In this document: positions 28,190 through 36,707 of the stretch, piece after piece
Layout of the letters: every line of letters begins with the position of its first letter
Position numbering within the stretch: the stretch's first letter is position 1
Assembly (NCBI GenBank): GCA_964525635.1
Contig: CAZGJX010000033.1
Span: forward strand, 1 to 36,707
Source of the DNA: an uncultured archaeon
GTDB lineage: Archaea; Asgardarchaeota; Lokiarchaeia; Sigyniarchaeales; SOKP01
Direction of reading: 5' to 3'
DNA: 36,707 nt
Notes under the pieces: model-generated
Told to the model about the DNA's origin: nothing
The model's input: only the letters and a program-made list of their open reading frames with translations
Databases searched by the model: none
Program-made: the position numbers and the translations under genes

Positions 28190-31100
28190 TTATTGATAAA
28201 AGTCGTTAAGCATTTCTTTAATAATTCTCTGTCGCTCATTAGGACTTAAAATTAACATTTCCTTGATAAATTCCTTCTTCTCATATTCGTTGTCCCAACT
28301 TAGTTTTTCAATATTTTCAAGGAAATCTTCTTGAAGTATAGTTATTCTTATATCTTTAAATTGATCAATTCTTCTCAGAAGTTCCTCCTCTTCAAAAATT
28401 TGAATAAGTCTACTATTGTCTAAAACATCAACTTCACTTTTTACGAAGATTTTATGATCTTTAGGTTTATCAGATGATGTTATCGGAGGAATTTTTTCCT
28501 TTCTTCGGTTTACTAGTACATATACAGAACCTACTAATGTTAATACAATTATAGCTATAATAGTTACAAGTAAAATCAAATCCTCTAGTTCAGGACCAAT
28601 TGCTCCTGGAATCGTCACACTTGTTTTATAGGAAGGATCACTAGGATAATCATTAACATCAACAGCTATAATTAAATAATAATATGTGTTACCAATAGTT
28701 ACATTTGTGTCTAAATATTCACTTATATTGGTTTCAGCAATTAAAGTTGATTCACTTTGTATAAAATTTTCTTGTAAACTTCTATAAACTAAATATTTAA
28801 CAAAATCTATCTCTGAATTATCATCCCAATCAAGGAAAACTTCGATTTGATTAAATAAACTGGTTGTAACTCCCGTTGGAGATGCTGGGGGCTCTGTATC
28901 AATATCAGTTGTAGCATTCACTTCTATCGATGAAGTACTTGGATTACCATATATATCGACAGCTATTACACAAAAATAGTAGGTTGTATCCTGATAAAGG
29001 AGAAAATTTAAAAATTCGTTAATATAAGTTTCAGCTATGAAATATGTACTATTTGGTGTAAATCCTGGTGTTATGCTTCTATAGATACGATATAAATCTA
29101 AATCTAGCTCCGGATTATCAGTCCAATTAATAAAGATTCTTGATGAATCATACACAAAAGCTTCTAAACCTGTAGGAGCTGCAGGTGGAGTAATGTCAGG
29201 ATCAGTTATATTGTATAATTCTATTGAAGGAAAACTTGGATTTCCATATATATCAACAGCTACTATACGATAATAATAGGTTGTTTCAGGTGTTAATCCA
29301 ATATCATAATAAAAACTATCTGTAGTGTTAGCTATATTTGTAGAGATATTTATTGCAAATTCTGGTGCTGTATCACGATAAATCCAATATATATCAAAAT
29401 CAGATTCTAAATTATTATTCCAATCAAGATCAATTCTCGTATCATTATAAGTTAAAACAGTAAATCCATTTGGAGATACTGGGGGTGTAATATCCGGATT
29501 TGTTGTATCGTTTACCTCTGATGATGGAGGACTTAAATTATTTGCTAAATCTACAGCTATTACCTGATAATAATATGTTGTATCTGGAGTTAATCCTATA
29601 TCTAAATAGTAACTTACGGTATTGTTAGCAATATTCGTTGAGAGATCAGGAGTAAATCCAGATGTTGTACCACGATAAATCCGATATCCATTAAAATCCG
29701 GGTCAGAATTGTCATCCCAATTAAGTAAAATACTTGATGTATCAATTACATTAGTGTTTAATCCCGTAGGAGATGCAGGAGGTATGCTATCCGAAGCTGT
29801 TGTATCATTTACCTCTGATGATGGAGTACTTGGATTACCATATATATCGACAGCTACCACACGGTAATAATAGGTTGTATTTGGAGTTAAATCTGTATCA
29901 TTATAATCACTGTTAATTGTCTCAGAGATCAAATTTGAAATACTAGGTGTAAATCCTTGAGTTATACTTCGATAAACGCGATAAATATTAATATCTGGTT
30001 CGGAATTATTATCCCAATCAAGATCTATTCTCGTATCATTATAAGTCTGAACTGTGAGTCCTATTGGAGCTGATGGAGGAGTCTTATCTGAGAATGTTGT
30101 TGTATTTACTTCTAGTGAGGGTGAACTTGGATTACCAAAAAAGTCCACTGCGATCACTTTATAATAATATGTGGTTCCATTATCTAATCCTAAATTAAAA
30201 TATTCACTGATACTAGTTACTGCGATTAAATTACCATTAGGATCAAAACCCGGTGTAGTACTTCGATAAACTCGATAATTGTTGAAATCCGGTTCAAGAT
30301 TATCCTTCCAATCAAGTTGAATACTAGTCCCATTATATGGTTCTGCTGTAAGACCTGTTGGTGCTGCAGGTGGATCTGAATACAAAGCTTCTAGGGGTTC
30401 TTGACCAAATATTAATGTATCATTATCGTATACTGGAATAAATTCTGATGGAATTGGGTTGGAATTTAATCCTTGAAAAGACCAATCATTTGTAGGGTCC
30501 CACGCAGAAGGAGGGGCCCCGGATGGTAATTCAATTCTTATTTGAGACTCTCTAGCAGCTTTTGTTTCGTCACCTGGATAGATACTTGAACCTGTATAAT
30601 CGACTATTATATAATATGTATCATTAAAAAGGTGAATTAATCCTGAAACAGTTACTGGAACTTCAGAACTCTGTGGTAAAATACTAATATTTGCAATAGT
30701 ATAATTTGCTTCGAATACTTCGCTTAAATTGAAAAAGTATCTATACGAAAGGTTATCACCTACTTTGGCTGGCCAAGTTGCATGGTTTGATAGATCGCCA
30801 GCAAATTGCATTACTATATCTTCATCAACTATAAGACGTGCATTGCAATAATATTCAAGACCAGTTGTATTTTTTGGAATAAACCAATTTGGACCTGGAA
30901 AATCGGTATGTGGAGTCCCACCATACAATTCTGTCATTTTTGCAAGTGCTCCAATCAATCCTGAATTGTAATCTAATGCAACTCTATTAGTTGTGGAAAC
31001 TGATCTATCATTAATCCAAAAATCTCCACCATCAGCAGGACCACTCACAAGAGCGCCATATATGATATGGGAATTATTAATAGGATCATCAATATTTCTA

Positions 31101-32419
31101 TTCCATGAGCCATGAGCTGTACTATGACGTATCTTTTGCCAATAACTATTTCCAAATCCTATTAAATAGCTTGTACCATAAGTATTATTACCAAGAATAT
31201 AATTAATTTGGGATTTATAGAAATCTTGATATATTGGAACATTTGCTTGAGTACAATTTGGATCATCTGACCATACCGCAGCTAAAAATGCCTCGTTAGC
31301 GGCAAAACGAAGGGTTCCCTCACCTCCTCCCCAGTTAGCTCTATAATAAGCAAGTCCTCCTGGAGTATAATGGTTAGCACCATTTACCCACCAATCTAAA
31401 TTTCGTTCTATTGATTCTTTATAAGTTTGATTACCTGTTTCTCTAAACAATAAAATTTGGGCTAAATAATGCATATCATCCCAAGTATGGGTTGATGTAT
31501 ATTTAATATCAGAATTATCTTTTTTCCAGTGAATTACTGCTTGCTGAGCATCATCTAAATATGTAGAAATATGTGTTGCATTATATAATAATATTCCTGC
31601 AGCAGACAATTCGTCCCAAAATCCATTTTTTGAACTATAATCTCCCGCATAGGAATTATAATAATTATCCGACAAGCTTGTCCAAGCAAGTGTATAGAGG
31701 TCTTGTGCATGAGATAATAATTTTGCAGCATATCCCGGATTTGAAACTTCAAATACAATTGAGGAAAATACGAGAGCAGCTGCAGTTGCCGCAGCAACTG
31801 TGGAACCATGATTTGTTTGATCTATTTTATAAGAAGGGCGAGTTAGAAATTTATCAACCACCTCAACAGGACCCCACCATGCATAATCGTCATTAGGATT
31901 TCCAACTTGGAAATAATATTCATTTGGAGCTGTATGACATTTTAAAATATAATCTGTACCCCATTTAATAGTATCAAGAATTTCATCTAATTGTCCAATA
32001 CTATTAAAAACATCTTCATACTCATACACAGCCCAAGCTAATGTAGCAATTGTGGATGCCAAAGGAAGTCCTGATTTCACATAACCATCATCATCAAAAT
32101 ATCCTCCAATTAGATCTTTACCTACATCTGAACCATCATTAAGACATGAATCACCTCTCCATATTACAGTATTATTATCCGGTAAATCTCCTGATCTTTG
32201 TTGTTGATAGAAATATATTGCTTTTTGGAGAGCAGCAGCGTAATTGTCAGGCGATTCCATTGGAGGTGACCAATTTGTTTGAGGAATTATATTTGAATTA
32301 TTATTAAAATTTTTCAAAGAGGGAAGAGAAAATAGTGGATCAAATGAACCAATAGAAAATGTACTAACTATTAAGGCGATGAGTATACTTGCATATATTT
32401 TTTGTTTGCGATTTGCCAT
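28190..32419 (-). CDS. Cell-surface protein: signal peptide - GH9 (catalytic residues substituted) - CBM3-like - 6x FN3 - TM - cytoplasmic tail
   Basis: GH9 motifs FY..QRSG.LP...V.WRGDS, KWGTDY.LK.H, DEL.AA, QINYILG.N, TAHGSW and GALV.GP; CBM3c-like N...WPA....LSYRYFFNLSE...WDPTNDWS; six FN3 repeats; TM followed by RRKEK. Confidence 0.93.
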   Translation of the reverse strand: MANRKQKIYASILIALIVSTFSIGSFDPLFSLPSLKNFNNNSNIIPQTNWSPPMESPDNYAAALQKAIYFYQQQRSGDLPDNNTVIWRGDSCLNDGSDVGKDLIGGYFDDDGYVKSGLPLASTIATLAWAVYEYEDVFNSIGQLDEILDTIKWGTDYILKCHTAPNEYYFQVGNPNDDYAWWGPVEVVDKFLTRPSYKIDQTNHGSTVAAATAAALVFSSIVFEVSNPGYAAKLLSHAQDLYTLAWTSLSDNYYNSYAGDYSSKNGFWDELSAAGILLYNATHISTYLDDAQQAVIHWKKDNSDIKYTSTHTWDDMHYLAQILLFRETGNQTYKESIERNLDWWVNGANHYTPGGLAYYRANWGGGEGTLRFAANEAFLAAVWSDDPNCTQANVPIYQDFYKSQINYILGNNTYGTSYLIGFGNSYWQKIRHSTAHGSWNRNIDDPINNSHIIYGALVSGPADGGDFWINDRSVSTTNRVALDYNSGLIGALAKMTELYGGTPHTDFPGPNWFIPKNTTGLEYYCNARLIVDEDIVMQFAGDLSNHATWPAKVGDNLSYRYFFNLSEVFEANYTIANISILPQSSEVPVTVSGLIHLFNDTYYIIVDYTGSSIYPGDETKAARESQIRIELPSGAPPSAWDPTNDWSFQGLNSNPIPSEFIPVYDNDTLIFGQEPLEALYSDPPAAPTGLTAEPYNGTSIQLDWKDNLEPDFNNYRVYRSTTPGFDPNGNLIAVTSISEYFNLGLDNGTTYYYKVIAVDFFGNPSSPSLEVNTTTFSDKTPPSAPIGLTVQTYNDTRIDLDWDNNSEPDINIYRVYRSITQGFTPSISNLISETINSDYNDTDLTPNTTYYYRVVAVDIYGNPSTPSSEVNDTTASDSIPPASPTGLNTNVIDTSSILLNWDDNSDPDFNGYRIYRGTTSGFTPDLSTNIANNTVSYYLDIGLTPDTTYYYQVIAVDLANNLSPPSSEVNDTTNPDITPPVSPNGFTVLTYNDTRIDLDWNNNLESDFDIYWIYRDTAPEFAINISTNIANTTDSFYYDIGLTPETTYYYRIVAVDIYGNPSFPSIELYNITDPDITPPAAPTGLEAFVYDSSRIFINWTDNPELDLDLYRIYRSITPGFTPNSTYFIAETYINEFLNFLLYQDTTYYFCVIAVDIYGNPSTSSIEVNATTDIDTEPPASPTGVTTSLFNQIEVFLDWDDNSEIDFVKYLVYRSLQENFIQSESTLIAETNISEYLDTNVTIGNTYYYLIIAVDVNDYPSDPSYKTSVTIPGAIGPELEDLILLVTIIAIIVLTLVGSVYVLVNRRKEKIPPITSSDKPKDHKIFVKSEVDVLDNSRLIQIFEEEELLRRIDQFKDIRITILQEDFLENIEKLSWDNEYEKKEFIKEMLILSPNERQRIIKEMLNDFYQ
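28611..30376 (-). repeat. Six tandem ~300-nt fibronectin type III coding repeats
   Basis: Unit D..PP..P.G......D...I.L.W.DN.E.D...Y.IYR....GF.P.....IA......Y.D.GL...TTYYY.V.AVD..GNPS.PS.EV..TT occurs six times. Confidence 0.92.
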
Positions 32420-32666
32420 TTTCTCTGTTTTTTAAAAACCCTTTATATACTAGAATTATATATATAAATATTGATTCAAAATTCCACCATTATATATATA
32501 ACAAATATAATAAGTGTTATATAAATGACTATGGAGAAATATTGAATGATTTATAATTATAATTAATTCTGTTTATTATAACCCTTTTATTTTTCCTGAA
32601 TAATTTTATTTAAAATATTATATTTTTGGTAGTGCGATAATTTCTTTAATTCAATTTAGATTGGAT

Positions 32667-33224
32667 TTAAAACTTAATAATTCCTGCTCTATTCTTTATT
32701 AATTTTGTAATTTCTTCAAACGTGTAATCAACATTTTCTCCCGTTTTAGCAGAACATTCTTGATATGAATACAAATTTTGGTTATATACTATCTTTTCTG
32801 CTTGTTCTCTAGATATAACTCGTTTATATTTTAGGTCGGATTTTCCTCCTACTAAAATAATTGGTAAAGTAGTACCTTCCATCTTTACATCATAGCCTTT
32901 TCTAAACATATTAATCCACTCCTCAAAATGTCTAATACTTTCAAAATTTGTCATATCGAACATAAAAAGTGCTGCATTACAACCATTTACGAATGCAGGT
33001 AAAAGAAATCTGTATCTATCTTCTGCTGTGAAATCCCATATTTGTAAAGACATTTCATGATTATCAATCTCAATTCTTTTAGAATAAAAATCAACGCCTT
33101 CAATCTTTGAGTAAAATGTATGATAAAATCCAGTTAAGTATCGATTTATAAGTGAAGTTTTACCTACCCCATTATCACCAAAAATGCATATTTTAAATAC
33201 AATTTCACTTTGCAAAGTAAGCAT
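32667..33224 (-). CDS. Rab-like small GTPase with divergent G2/G3/G4 motifs
   Basis: FKICIFGDNGVGKTS (G1), GVDF, LQIWDFTAEDRYRFL, VGGKSDL and ECSAKTGENV; no C-terminal prenylation Cys. Confidence 0.92.
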   Translation of the reverse strand: MLTLQSEIVFKICIFGDNGVGKTSLINRYLTGFYHTFYSKIEGVDFYSKRIEIDNHEMSLQIWDFTAEDRYRFLLPAFVNGCNAALFMFDMTNFESIRHFEEWINMFRKGYDVKMEGTTLPIILVGGKSDLKYKRVISREQAEKIVYNQNLYSYQECSAKTGENVDYTFEEITKLIKNRAGIIKF

Positions 33225-34170
33225 TTTTATACCTCATATAAAAAAAAAAAAAGGAAGTGATTATTTTTTTTGCTATTTTTTGGTTTTTTAACCACTCCTA
33301 AAACTATCTGACAATTTTTTAATCCAGAAATCCTTCAGATTTCCGATATCATTTCCTTTTTATTTTTATCTTATAGGAAATATCCCAAATATTTCCGCAA
33401 TAAACTTTAATAAATAAATTGGATTGGTGATATTTAAAATCATATGGAGAAACTTTGAATGTATAATTATTTTTTAATTAATCTTAACCTTTTTCGACCT
33501 GAGATATGAGAAAATAGTATTATTTCTGATAAAAAAATTAATAAATTTCTATGAATTATTAAAATTAGTTATTGAGGAACATCCTTATTAATATCATATG
33601 ATTTTAATTTCAATTCAGAATTAGGTTTTTTAATAAAAATCGATTCTTTTTTTATTATTATTTTTGTATAAATATACCATAAAAATTTTTAAATTAAGGA
33701 AAAAATAATATGATTGAACGAATTTTTTTGAATATTTAATAGTAAATGATAAAGGATTATTTAGAATGCAAGTATCCAATAATCTTTATATAATTGTTTT
33801 CTCAGAGAAAAATCAAAATTATGCAAGATGGATTTTGAAGTTGGACTTTATCAATGTGATCAAATTTTAGGAGAAATTTACCATCATATGAGAGTTTATT
33901 TTTTAGAAATTAAATGGTTGATATTTTTTCTTTAAAAAAATATATACAGAATGTCGATTATAATAAAAGTAATAAGAAAGGATATTTAGTATAAAAAATA
34001 GAAAATTAAACTAATCAGAGAAAACTCGATAAGAAAATAAATATAATCATTATTATAAGTGATAATTTTAAATATAATGTAATATATAGTAATGAATAGC
34101 CTCATTTATTAAAAACAACTTTAATTTTTAACACAATTCATAAGATTTTCATATAGATTAAAGTAGATAT

Positions 34171-36621
34171 TTGATGGAAATAGATAAAAAGAAGAGATCT
34201 TCTAATCAAATTAAGTTAGAAAAAAAACGTATTACATTAAGATGTATCTTAGGACGCGTAGAAGAGAGTTTTCAAAAAACTATTTATAAAGGCATTAATG
34301 ATATTTCAAGAGAGAGAGATATAAACATTATCTATTACTCTGGTAGGCCATTAATTTTTCATCGAAGATTTGAGGCTTTCTGTGATATCATATTTGATTT
34401 AATAAATCCAGACATAATTGATGGAATAATTTCTGTCTCTGGAGTATTTCATAGCGACATTAGTCAAAATAAATATTTAAATTTACTCAAAAAAAATAGA
34501 GATTTACCATTAATAAGTATTTCAGTAAAACTAGAAAATCATCATCGTATTTTAATTGATAATCAAAAAGGTACATATGATGCAATAATGCACCTTATTA
34601 AAGTTCATGGATGTCGTCATATTGCATTTATAAAAGGACCTGAGGGGCATTATGAAGCGGAATTAAGGTTTAAGGCTTATAAGAAGGCATTAACAGAAAG
34701 GGAAATCTCTTACAATCCTGCTCTTGTTTCTCCTGGAAATTTTGAAGAAAAAGCAGGAATTAAAGCTATTCAATTATTACTTGATGAAAGAAAAGTTAAA
34801 TTTGATGCTATTATGGCCATAAATGATAATGTGGCATTGGGTGCATTATTAGCACTTCAAAAAAGAAAAATAAATGTTCCAAAAGATGTAGCAATTATTG
34901 GGTTTGATAATTCTATTAATAGCAAAATTTCAAATCCTCCTTTAACAACTATCCATCAATCCCCTTATCTTCTAGGTAAAAAAGCGACGGAAATCTTGCT
35001 TAATATTATAAATGGTCAAGAAGTATCAAAAGAAATAATTATTCCAACCGAATTAATTATCCGTAGATCATGTGGATGCTTTTCTAAGATAATAACCAAT
35101 GCTTCAATACCACCATTAGATTTTCAAAAAAGAAACAAACCTAAATTAAATGAATTTATATCTTCAGTTCTTAAAAAATCAATAAATCCTATCTTAAATC
35201 CAAAAAAATCTAAATCAATCGAAGTATTGCATAATGCTTTTATTATAGATATCAATCAAAATGAAAATTATAACTTTTTATCAAAATTTGATGATATACT
35301 CAGACAATCAGTGTCAAATAAAGAAAATCTTAATCAATGGTATGATTTTATCTCTAAAATGCGTAGTTTTTATGCACCTTATCTTCTCTCACAAAATAAG
35401 TTATTTCTCCAAACGGAGAATCTCTGGCACCAATCACGAATACTTATTGGAGAAACCATCGAAAGAGAAAAAGAATTGAAGAATTATATTGAAGAACGAA
35501 ATTCTCTGAGATTTTTATCATCTCTTGAATATATAAACATGGGACATGAATTACCAAAATTAAAAAAAAGGATTTTAGAAGAATTGCCTCTCTTGGGAAT
35601 ACGAAGTTGCTATATCTCTTTATTTGATGATATTAAAACCTCTTTTGAATGGGCAAAGATGGTTATAGGTTTTGATGATCGAGGAGTATTTGATATAACC
35701 AATAAATCTCCTTTTCCATCTTCCCAATTAATCCCTGAAGAAATATATTCCTCTGAAAGGCGTTATGAATGGATAGTTGAAGCATTGCGATTAAGTAATG
35801 AAAATCAGATTGGATTCATTGTTTTTGAACTTCAAAAAGAAGTAGGAGCATATTTTGGAAGAATTAGTAATCATATAAGTGCCGCATTACAAGGAGCTCT
35901 AATATTTGAAGAACGAGAAAGCTTATTAAAAGAATTAACTCGATCTAATATTCGATTAGAAGAATTTGCTTCTATTGTATCTCATGATTTAAAGTCACCA
36001 ATTCATACAATAATTGGATACTTAACACTCTTTAAAGAACAATATAAAAAGGTTCTAGATGATAATGCTATTGAAACAATTGAAACTGTTCTTATGAGTA
36101 CACATCGGATGAATTATCTTATTAATGATATCCTGAAGTATTCTCATATATTAAAGGGAGATATAACTTTTCAAGAAATAGATTGTAATCATATTTTAGA
36201 AAAGGTGTTAATTAATTTGAATTCTTCAATACAAGACAATAAAGCAAATATAACATATGAAATATTACCAAAAGTAATTGGAAATGAAATAGAGTTAATA
36301 CAACTGTTCCAAAATCTAATTGATAATGCAATTAAATTCCATAGTGATGTTTTACCTAAAGTTCATATTAGTTGTAATAAAAAAGGAAAGATGAATATTT
36401 TTTCTATTAAAGATAATGGTATTGGTATTGATCCTATTCATTTTAAAGAAATTTTTGAAATTTTTAAACGATTACATTCATATCACGAATACCCTGGGAG
36501 TGGAGTTGGATTAGCTATTTGTAAAAAAATAGTTGAACATCATAGTGGGGAGATGTGGATTGAATCTGAAAAAGGAAAAGGAACAACCTTCTTTTTCTCA
36601 TTACAATCTATTAATAGTTAA
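34171..36621 (+). CDS. Cytoplasmic histidine kinase with N-terminal LacI-type sugar-binding domain
   Basis: IDN..G...A..HL...G.R.IAFI.GP, A.ND.VALG, VP.DVAIIGFD, PPLTTIHQ and LIIRRSCGC (LacI effector domain, no HTH); then FASIVSHDLKSP, QLFQNLIDNAIKF, DNGIGI, GSGVGLAIC and GKGTTF. Confidence 0.93.
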   Translation: MMEIDKKKRSSNQIKLEKKRITLRCILGRVEESFQKTIYKGINDISRERDINIIYYSGRPLIFHRRFEAFCDIIFDLINPDIIDGIISVSGVFHSDISQNKYLNLLKKNRDLPLISISVKLENHHRILIDNQKGTYDAIMHLIKVHGCRHIAFIKGPEGHYEAELRFKAYKKALTEREISYNPALVSPGNFEEKAGIKAIQLLLDERKVKFDAIMAINDNVALGALLALQKRKINVPKDVAIIGFDNSINSKISNPPLTTIHQSPYLLGKKATEILLNIINGQEVSKEIIIPTELIIRRSCGCFSKIITNASIPPLDFQKRNKPKLNEFISSVLKKSINPILNPKKSKSIEVLHNAFIIDINQNENYNFLSKFDDILRQSVSNKENLNQWYDFISKMRSFYAPYLLSQNKLFLQTENLWHQSRILIGETIEREKELKNYIEERNSLRFLSSLEYINMGHELPKLKKRILEELPLLGIRSCYISLFDDIKTSFEWAKMVIGFDDRGVFDITNKSPFPSSQLIPEEIYSSERRYEWIVEALRLSNENQIGFIVFELQKEVGAYFGRISNHISAALQGALIFEERESLLKELTRSNIRLEEFASIVSHDLKSPIHTIIGYLTLFKEQYKKVLDDNAIETIETVLMSTHRMNYLINDILKYSHILKGDITFQEIDCNHILEKVLINLNSSIQDNKANITYEILPKVIGNEIELIQLFQNLIDNAIKFHSDVLPKVHISCNKKGKMNIFSIKDNGIGIDPIHFKEIFEIFKRLHSYHEYPGSGVGLAICKKIVEHHSGEMWIESEKGKGTTFFFSLQSINS

Positions 36622-36664
36622 TTTTATATATTAATATAATTCAAAAAAAGATAAAAAACTCCTT

Positions 36665-36680
36665 GCGAACTAAAGTTCGC
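36665..36680. repeat. GC-rich palindromic hairpin (REP-like or terminator)
   Basis: GCGAAC-TAAA-GTTCGC perfect hairpin about 45 nt after the kinase stop, in otherwise AT-rich DNA. Confidence 0.4.
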
Positions 36681-36707
36681 TTCTAATCACAAAACTTTTT
36701 TTCTTCT

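Noticed and set aside
28611-30376. CRISPR array or DGR-type repeats
   Set aside because: The repeats are ~300-nt diverged in-frame FN3 domains with no spacers; no cas or reverse transcriptase gene is in the window.
28190-32419. Annotation as an active processive endoglucanase or cellulosome component
   Set aside because: Catalytic acid and base motifs are substituted, and no dockerin or cohesin is seen.
33740-33935. Cys-containing coding-like stretch (ECKYP...NCFLREKSKLCKMDF..YQCDQ)
   Set aside because: Needs a frameshift, is short and matches no family I recognise; possible remnant only.
1-36707. tRNA or rRNA genes
   Set aside because: No GC-rich cloverleaf or rRNA-like segment was seen in any intergenic region.

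Overview
Very AT-rich archaeal window that looks like an Asgard (Lokiarchaeia-type) chromosome. This is inferred from a roadblock/LC7 gene, a Rab-like GTPase, a TPR+longin-like protein, an archaeal ThrRS editing domain, a Loki-CTERM-like sorting tail and GGTGA-type ribosome-binding sites. Routine content includes an FdhF-type formate dehydrogenase, MsrA, a flavodoxin, acyl-CoA dehydrogenase, a GH3 beta-glucosidase, an MFS permease and methyltransferases. Five things stand out. (1) An operon (8403-14506) couples an ECF transporter to surface proteins with three Cys-less molybdopterin-oxidoreductase-fold domains and a DOMON-like protein, behind a ModE-type operator: a candidate Mo/W-cofactor capture and import system. 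(2) A surface GH9-CBM3-6xFN3-TM protein has lost its catalytic residues, carries a cytoplasmic tail and is followed by a wHTH gene: a candidate cellulose receptor, flanked by an atypical Rab-like GTPase and a LacI-sensor histidine kinase. (3) A 148-aa four-EF-hand protein aligns without gaps to calmodulin. (4) A UxxC selenoprotein missed by the ORF track has a kink-loop-type hairpin in its 3' UTR. (5) An internally deleted IS607 keeps the tnpB 3' end (omega-RNA region). Two genes are split by single-base homopolymer deletions that may be sequencing errors. All family calls are by-eye motif recognition; no database searches were run.
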